Shown piece after piece: positions 55,077 through 59,821 of a DNA stretch of 59,821 nucleotides. Where the stretch lies: assembly GCA_039683575.1 (NCBI GenBank), contig JBDKRC010000162.1, positions 1 to 59,821 on the forward strand, in the 5' to 3' direction. The DNA is from Armatimonadia bacterium. GTDB lineage: Bacteria > Armatimonadota > Zipacnadia > Zipacnadales > UBA11051. The position numbers and the translations under genes are program-made. The notes beneath the pieces are model-generated. The model was not told the DNA's origin, ran no database searches, and saw nothing but the letters and a program-made list of their open reading frames with translations. How positions within the stretch are numbered: position 1 is the first letter of the stretch; each line of letters starts with the position of its first letter.

Positions 55077-55673
55077 ATGGCAACTTCAGACGTCCAACCT
55101 GGCAGCCCACCCGCAGCAACGGCCGGCACCGCCCCAACCACGTGCTACTATTGCGAGGCACCGCTACCGGCAGGCGCGCAGGTTTGCAGCGAGTGTGGCC
55201 GCAAGCAGTACCGGGTGTGCTTTTGTGGCACCACCGCTCTCGCCGGACTGGAAAACTGTCCCTCCTGCGGCGCCGACTGGAGCGAGAGGATAAAGGTACG
55301 CCGCCGGAGCCGCGCTGTTCATATCAAGCCCCGCAAGCTCCTGAGAAGCGCCTTGATCGGCGCCCTCGTCACGATTGTCGCCACGGCCATATTCAATTTG
55401 CTGGTAACCGCCCTGGCTGAGCGCAGCATCCAGGCAGAGGCGTTACCGGCAGCCTTCTCGGCCAAGCTCTACTACGCCTGGCTCACGCTCAGTTCCGCCA
55501 CTTCCGTGCTTTTCAGCCGCCTTCTCGGCGGCGCCGGCTCATTCTTGCTGATCGCCTTGCTCGGGGGGACCGTCGGCACCCTGTTCTACCTCATCCACAT
55601 CGGCTATCTTCGCTTCTCCAGGCAGCAGGAACACGGCAAACATGGCACCCTGCGCCGCCGTCGTCGGCGCTGA
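55077..55673 (+). CDS. Double zinc-ribbon membrane protein
   Basis: CYYC..CSECG..CFCG..CPSCG, 2-3 TMs, poly-Arg C-terminus. Confidence 0.75.
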   Translation: MATSDVQPGSPPAATAGTAPTTCYYCEAPLPAGAQVCSECGRKQYRVCFCGTTALAGLENCPSCGADWSERIKVRRRSRAVHIKPRKLLRSALIGALVTIVATAIFNLLVTALAERSIQAEALPAAFSAKLYYAWLTLSSATSVLFSRLLGGAGSFLLIALLGGTVGTLFYLIHIGYLRFSRQQEHGKHGTLRRRRRR

Positions 55674-55687
55674 TTGAACCAGTAACC

Positions 55688-56572
55688 ATGGCACTCGACC
55701 TCGGCCCCACTAACCAGGAGTCTGCTGCCCCGCGCCCGTGGACGGCCTCTGTTCCGCCGCTGGCGCTGCTTGTCGTGCTTGTGCTCGTGGCCGCCTTCAA
55801 CCAGCATTTTGTGTGGCTGTGGCAGAAGGGCTGGCATAACGAGTACTACGGCCATGGCTTCCTGATCCCGATCATCTGCGCCTACCTGATCTACCGGCGC
55901 AAGGACCACCTGGCCACGCTGCCGCGAACCGGTTGCTGGATCGGGCTTCCAGTGCTCCTGGCAGGGCTGGCGCTGCACATCCTGGCCATCATCCAGGACG
56001 TGAACTTCCCACAGGGCTTCGCCTTCGTCACGGTGATCATCGGCCTGACGATCTGGCTCTATGGCTGGCCCGTCGCCCGCGACATCGCCTTCCCGTTGGC
56101 GTTCCTGCTCTTCATGGTCCCGATGGGGCGGGTTCTGGTAGACACTTTTGCGCAGCCGATGCAGCTCATAAGCGCCAGAGTGGCGGGACATGCCGCCGGG
56201 TTCCTGGGCATTCCGGTAGCCATTGATGGCACGACTCTGCGCATTCCGGATTACACGTTTGAGGTGGGAATACCCTGTAGCGGCCTGAAGTCCGCTATCG
56301 CGATGACTGCCCTTGGTGCGCTGTATGCATACGTGCTGCAGGGGACCTGGCAACAGCGGGCAGCGATCTTTGCCATGTCTCTACCGGCCGCGCTGGTCGC
56401 CAACGCGGTACGCATCTGGCTGACGCTTGTTCTGGCCATCTCCTTCGGGCCCTCGGCGGCCGAGGGGTTCTTTCACACTCTGTCGGGCATGGTGGTCTTT
56501 GTGCTTGCCCTGCTCGGGCTTTTCGGCTTTGGGAGCCTGATTCATTGCACGACGTTACGCGAAGATATCTGA
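55688..56572 (+). CDS. Exosortase (EpsH/archaeosortase family)
   Basis: YGHGFLIP, FLLFMVP; catalytic triad PCSG, NAVRI, FFH. Confidence 0.93.
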   Translation: MALDLGPTNQESAAPRPWTASVPPLALLVVLVLVAAFNQHFVWLWQKGWHNEYYGHGFLIPIICAYLIYRRKDHLATLPRTGCWIGLPVLLAGLALHILAIIQDVNFPQGFAFVTVIIGLTIWLYGWPVARDIAFPLAFLLFMVPMGRVLVDTFAQPMQLISARVAGHAAGFLGIPVAIDGTTLRIPDYTFEVGIPCSGLKSAIAMTALGALYAYVLQGTWQQRAAIFAMSLPAALVANAVRIWLTLVLAISFGPSAAEGFFHTLSGMVVFVLALLGLFGFGSLIHCTTLREDI

Positions 56573-57186
56573 TCGCGCTGGTTTTGCTTGGCGGCGCGGC
56601 GGTGTGGGCGAACCTGCTATGGTCCCGCCAGGCACCCGAGGCCGCCTACCAGCCGCGTTTCAGGGAGATCCCGCTGCAGATAGGGAACCTCAAGGGCGAG
56701 AAGATACCGGTGGAGCAGCGCATCTTCAACTACCTTGGCGCCGATGCCATGGAAGAGATCATGTACACCGGTGAGGATCGCAGCGTGCGTCTGAGCGTGG
56801 TGTACGGCACGGACTGGCGGGCGGTGCATTCGCCGCTGTCCTGCCTGCCCCAGATGGGCTGGCAGGTAGACAAGCCGCAGATGGTGGACCTCCCGGCGCC
56901 GCCCGGCACGCCTCATGCAGGGCCGCTCCATGGGCAGATTCTGCTCGCCCACAAGGGACAGCAGCGGCAGGCTGTACTGTACGTATTCGCCCACAAGGGC
57001 GGCACTACGGGCGATTGGGTGGCACAAGGGTGGGCGGTCAACCGCACCCCACGGGGGACAGGCGGTTTGATGATCTCAACGAGCACGCCAATAGCACACG
57101 AAGACGATACCGCTGCAGCCAATATGCTCAAGGAGGTGTGCACCAGCGTCTATCTGCCGGCTACGAGCTTCTGGTACACAAAGTGA
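56545..57186 (+). CDS. Exosortase-associated EpsI family protein
   Basis: IPLQIG..GE, LGAD, VHSPLSCLPQMGW; start uncertain, overlaps the exosortase. Confidence 0.82.
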   Translation: MHDVTRRYLIALVLLGGAAVWANLLWSRQAPEAAYQPRFREIPLQIGNLKGEKIPVEQRIFNYLGADAMEEIMYTGEDRSVRLSVVYGTDWRAVHSPLSCLPQMGWQVDKPQMVDLPAPPGTPHAGPLHGQILLAHKGQQRQAVLYVFAHKGGTTGDWVAQGWAVNRTPRGTGGLMISTSTPIAHEDDTAAANMLKEVCTSVYLPATSFWYTK

Positions 57187-57261
57187 GAGTTCCTCAACCA
57201 TACCAGTAGCGCGGGCCGCCTGCTTTACTGAGTACCACCCGCGGCAAAGACGCTAAACATC

Positions 57262-57945
57262 ATGGCACAAGCTAACCTCTCCAGCCTCCGCAGCCCCGTG
57301 AGCCACCAGCAGACTATCTTTGCCCCGCGGACTATGGTCTCGCGGTCGTACCAGGTGGCGAAGCGCGCCCTGGACGTCGTAGGGGCCTCACTGGCCCTGC
57401 TGGTCCTCGGGCTACCGATGCTGCTCGTGGCCATCGCGATCCGGTTGGAATCGCGTGGTCCCGCGCTGTTCTTCCAGTGGCGCCTCGGTGAGAACGGCAT
57501 TCCCTTCCGCTTCTGCAAGTTCCGCTCGATGGTGGCCAATGCCGAGGAGGAGCGTGCGAACCTGGAGCGGCAGAACGAGGCCGAGGGGCCGATCTTCAAG
57601 ATTCGGCGCGACCCACGGATTACGCGCGTTGGCCGCTGGCTGCGGCGCACCAGCTTTGACGAGACCCCCCAGCTCTTCCACGTGCTCTCCGGCCAGATGA
57701 GTCTCGTCGGGCCGCGACCGCCGCTGCTGGAAGAGGTAGAAGGCTATGAGCCCTGGCAGCGCGAAAGACTCGCTGTCCGTCCCGGCCTCACCTGCATCTG
57801 GCAAGTCAGTGGGCGTAGTGACATTCCGTTCGAGCGCTGGGTTGAACTTGACATCGTCTATGTCCGCAATCGCAGCTTCTGGCTCGACCTTAAGATCCTG
57901 CTGCTCACGATACCGGCCGTTCTGACGGGCCGCGGCGCGTACTAA
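57262..57945 (+). CDS. Priming sugar (phosphoglycosyl) transferase, Bac_transf family
   Basis: KRALD, KFRSM, DPRITRVG, DETPQL, MSLVGPRP, PGLTCIWQVSGR. Confidence 0.95.
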   Translation: MAQANLSSLRSPVSHQQTIFAPRTMVSRSYQVAKRALDVVGASLALLVLGLPMLLVAIAIRLESRGPALFFQWRLGENGIPFRFCKFRSMVANAEEERANLERQNEAEGPIFKIRRDPRITRVGRWLRRTSFDETPQLFHVLSGQMSLVGPRPPLLEEVEGYEPWQRERLAVRPGLTCIWQVSGRSDIPFERWVELDIVYVRNRSFWLDLKILLLTIPAVLTGRGAY

Positions 57946-57984
57946 AGGTCCGCGTCGCGATCCCACCCACCCGGATGGGTTGAT

Positions 57985-58833
57985 ATGGCCCGCAAACCCC
58001 TCCTGACGATCGTTTTCGGCCTCGTCTTCGCTCTGCTCGCTGCTGTGCTGGTGGAGCACCTCTATGAGCCCAAGTCCGGCCTCGGCAACCTCCTGTGGCG
58101 CTTTGAGCTTGGCGCCTACGGCGTCCGCCTCTCCACCCGCGCCAGCCGCTTTCGCGATGACATTGTAATCGTTGCCGTGGATGACGAGTCCCTGCAGCAA
58201 CTCGGGGTATGGCCATGGCCGCGAGGGCTTCACGCGCAACTGCTTGACCGCCTCAACGAGGCCGGCGCCCGCCTCATTGGCCTCGACATGCTCTTCTCGG
58301 ATCTCTCCGGCAGCCTTCAGAGCGTTGATCCCGCCACCGGACAGCTATCCCTGCAGCCGGCGGTCTCGGAAGGTGATGAGGCGCTTGCTGGCGCTTTGAA
58401 GCGCTACCCGAGGGTCGTTCTGGCCGGGCAGATCACGAATGATCTGACCACCCGCGGCGAGCAAGTCGCTTCCGGGGTGAGCAGCGTCGCCTTTCCCCAT
58501 GAGCTTTTCGCCCCCAGCGAAGACCGGATTGGCCTGACCAACATCCCCCGCGACCTCGACTCGGTCGTGCGTCGCGCCTGGCTGACGCTCAGCCACCAGG
58601 ACGAGCCCTACTACACTCTCCCAGTCGCTCTCGCCGCCGCCCAGATGAAGCGTACTCCGGCCGCTGTGGCCGCCGAGACGCTGCGGCTCGGCTATGCCGG
58701 TCATCCCTTCCTCGGCGGCAACAGCATTCTCGTGAACTTCTGCGGGCCGGCGGGGACGTTCAAGCGCGTGCCATACTACCAGGTCCTGGCGGGGCTGACG
58801 CCACCGGAGACCTTCCGGGGCAAGATCGTGCTC
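57985..58833 (+). pseudogene. C-terminally truncated CHASE2 sensor gene (frame continues to 58968 through the antisense of the MTase)
   Basis: IVIVAVDDES..GVWPWPR, GLDMLF, DLDSVVR; similarity to the 43971 CHASE2 stops at GKIVL, with no TP/GVEVHA, TMs or output domain. Confidence 0.7.
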
Positions 58834-58850
58834 GGCTTGAGCCACTCTTC

Positions 58851-59612
58851 TCAGGGCACCGGCTCCCACGGAACGCCCTCCGCCACCTCGGTCTGGCTGG
58901 CCCAGGCCTCCAGCATGGTCTCCGTCATGCCGATCTCGTCTTCGTCCAGTTCGACCAGTCTCACCTGATGCCCGAGCTGCGGCAGCCTCTTGCGGACCAC
59001 CAGCAGGCAGGTCTTCACGGTGGTCCCTGAGCCGCGAAAGACGTTCCGGGGTAGCCCCAGCACGGCCTCGACGGTGTGCTCGCGCCATATCACCTCGCGT
59101 TGCTTGACCCAGCGGGCATTGGCGACAAAGCCCTCCGGCAGGACCATTGCCAGCAACCCGCCTGGTTTCAGCAGCCGTAGGGAGCGTTCGAGAAACCAAA
59201 GCTCCCGCGGCAGCCGCTCCGGGCGCCGGGAGAGACGCCACCAGTGGTAATCGAGGCAAAGCTGGTCTAGATGAGCTGGTTCGGGTGCTCCGGCAAAGGG
59301 GGGATTGCCCACTACGACGTCAAACCGGCCGTCACCATCCCCAACCAGGCCGTCGGCGACGGCCAGATGCACCGCGCCCAGCCCGCTCTCCTGCCAAACG
59401 GCACGCAACCTCACGTCGGCATCCAGGCCATATACGCGTCTGGGGGCAAACCCGGCACGCACGGCGCCGCTGAGGAAGGCGCCCTCGCCACAACTCAGAT
59501 CAAGAAGCCGGCCCGCGCTGACCTGCGGATCGAGCCACCGCAGGGCACTGAACGTCAGGTCCACGACGGCCGCTGGCGTGAAATATTGGCCCAGGCTCTT
59601 CTCCTGCTGCAT
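58851..59612 (-). CDS. Orphan N6-adenine DNA methyltransferase (N6_Mtase/HsdM-like core)
   Basis: LGQYFTP, LLDLSCGEGAFL (motif I), GNPPF (motif IV), LKPGG.LAMVLP; GGGAGG RBS. Confidence 0.85.
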   Translation of the reverse strand: MQQEKSLGQYFTPAAVVDLTFSALRWLDPQVSAGRLLDLSCGEGAFLSGAVRAGFAPRRVYGLDADVRLRAVWQESGLGAVHLAVADGLVGDGDGRFDVVVGNPPFAGAPEPAHLDQLCLDYHWWRLSRRPERLPRELWFLERSLRLLKPGGLLAMVLPEGFVANARWVKQREVIWREHTVEAVLGLPRNVFRGSGTTVKTCLLVVRKRLPQLGHQVRLVELDEDEIGMTETMLEAWASQTEVAEGVPWEPVP

Positions 59613-59821
59613 CAACTTCCTCCCGCTTAGCGTCGGGTTCACCTTCGCACATAAGCGTATCGGCTGTCAATCTGCGGGTCATGTCGAGCCGTTCGGGCTC
59701 TTCCTCAATTAGTGTGGGTAGAACCTATTGACATGTCGTAAGTACGTGCTGCAGCGAGGGCAACTGTCCGCATCGCTGGAGTATTTTGAGCATGAAGAAT
59801 TGGACGTCGCGGAAGCCGTAG

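Noticed and set aside
59644-59662. Possible LexA box upstream of the methyltransferase
   Set aside because: TCGCACATAAGCGTA is a poor match to GAAC-N4-GTTC.
59746-59821. Possible gene start running off the window end
   Set aside because: Only about 25 codons with no motif or clear RBS; cannot be supported.

Overview
High-GC bacterial chromosomal segment with about 58 protein genes and no rRNA, tRNA or CRISPR array that I can see. The lineage is probably Armatimonadota or a similar group; this is inferred from the tandem prepilin/DUF1559/H-X9-DG genes, GHL10 hydrolases, several Gfo/Idh/MocA oxidoreductases and an exosortase. Recognisable genes include hisG, mutS2, queH, an orphan flgM behind a sigma28-type promoter, the ACT/DUF711 pair, carbohydrate-catabolism genes, an exosortase/EpsI/glycosyltransferase locus and an orphan adenine methyltransferase facing a truncated CHASE2 gene. 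The window starts inside an IS terminus. Most notable: (1) a CHASE2 class III cyclase with an altered purine-selecting residue lies next to a zinc-ribbon/RbsC-type permease/FecR/TPR fusion that has no ABC partners, a candidate new trans-envelope signalling module; (2) a motif xxAGGx-N17/18-GAA recurs upstream of ten genes, three apparently leaderless, suggesting a SigH-like regulon; (3) several GTAG-type REP families show compensatory base changes; (4) one operon contains a pseudo-receiver regulator and a degenerate enolase-fold protein. All calls come from reading motifs by eye; no database search was run.
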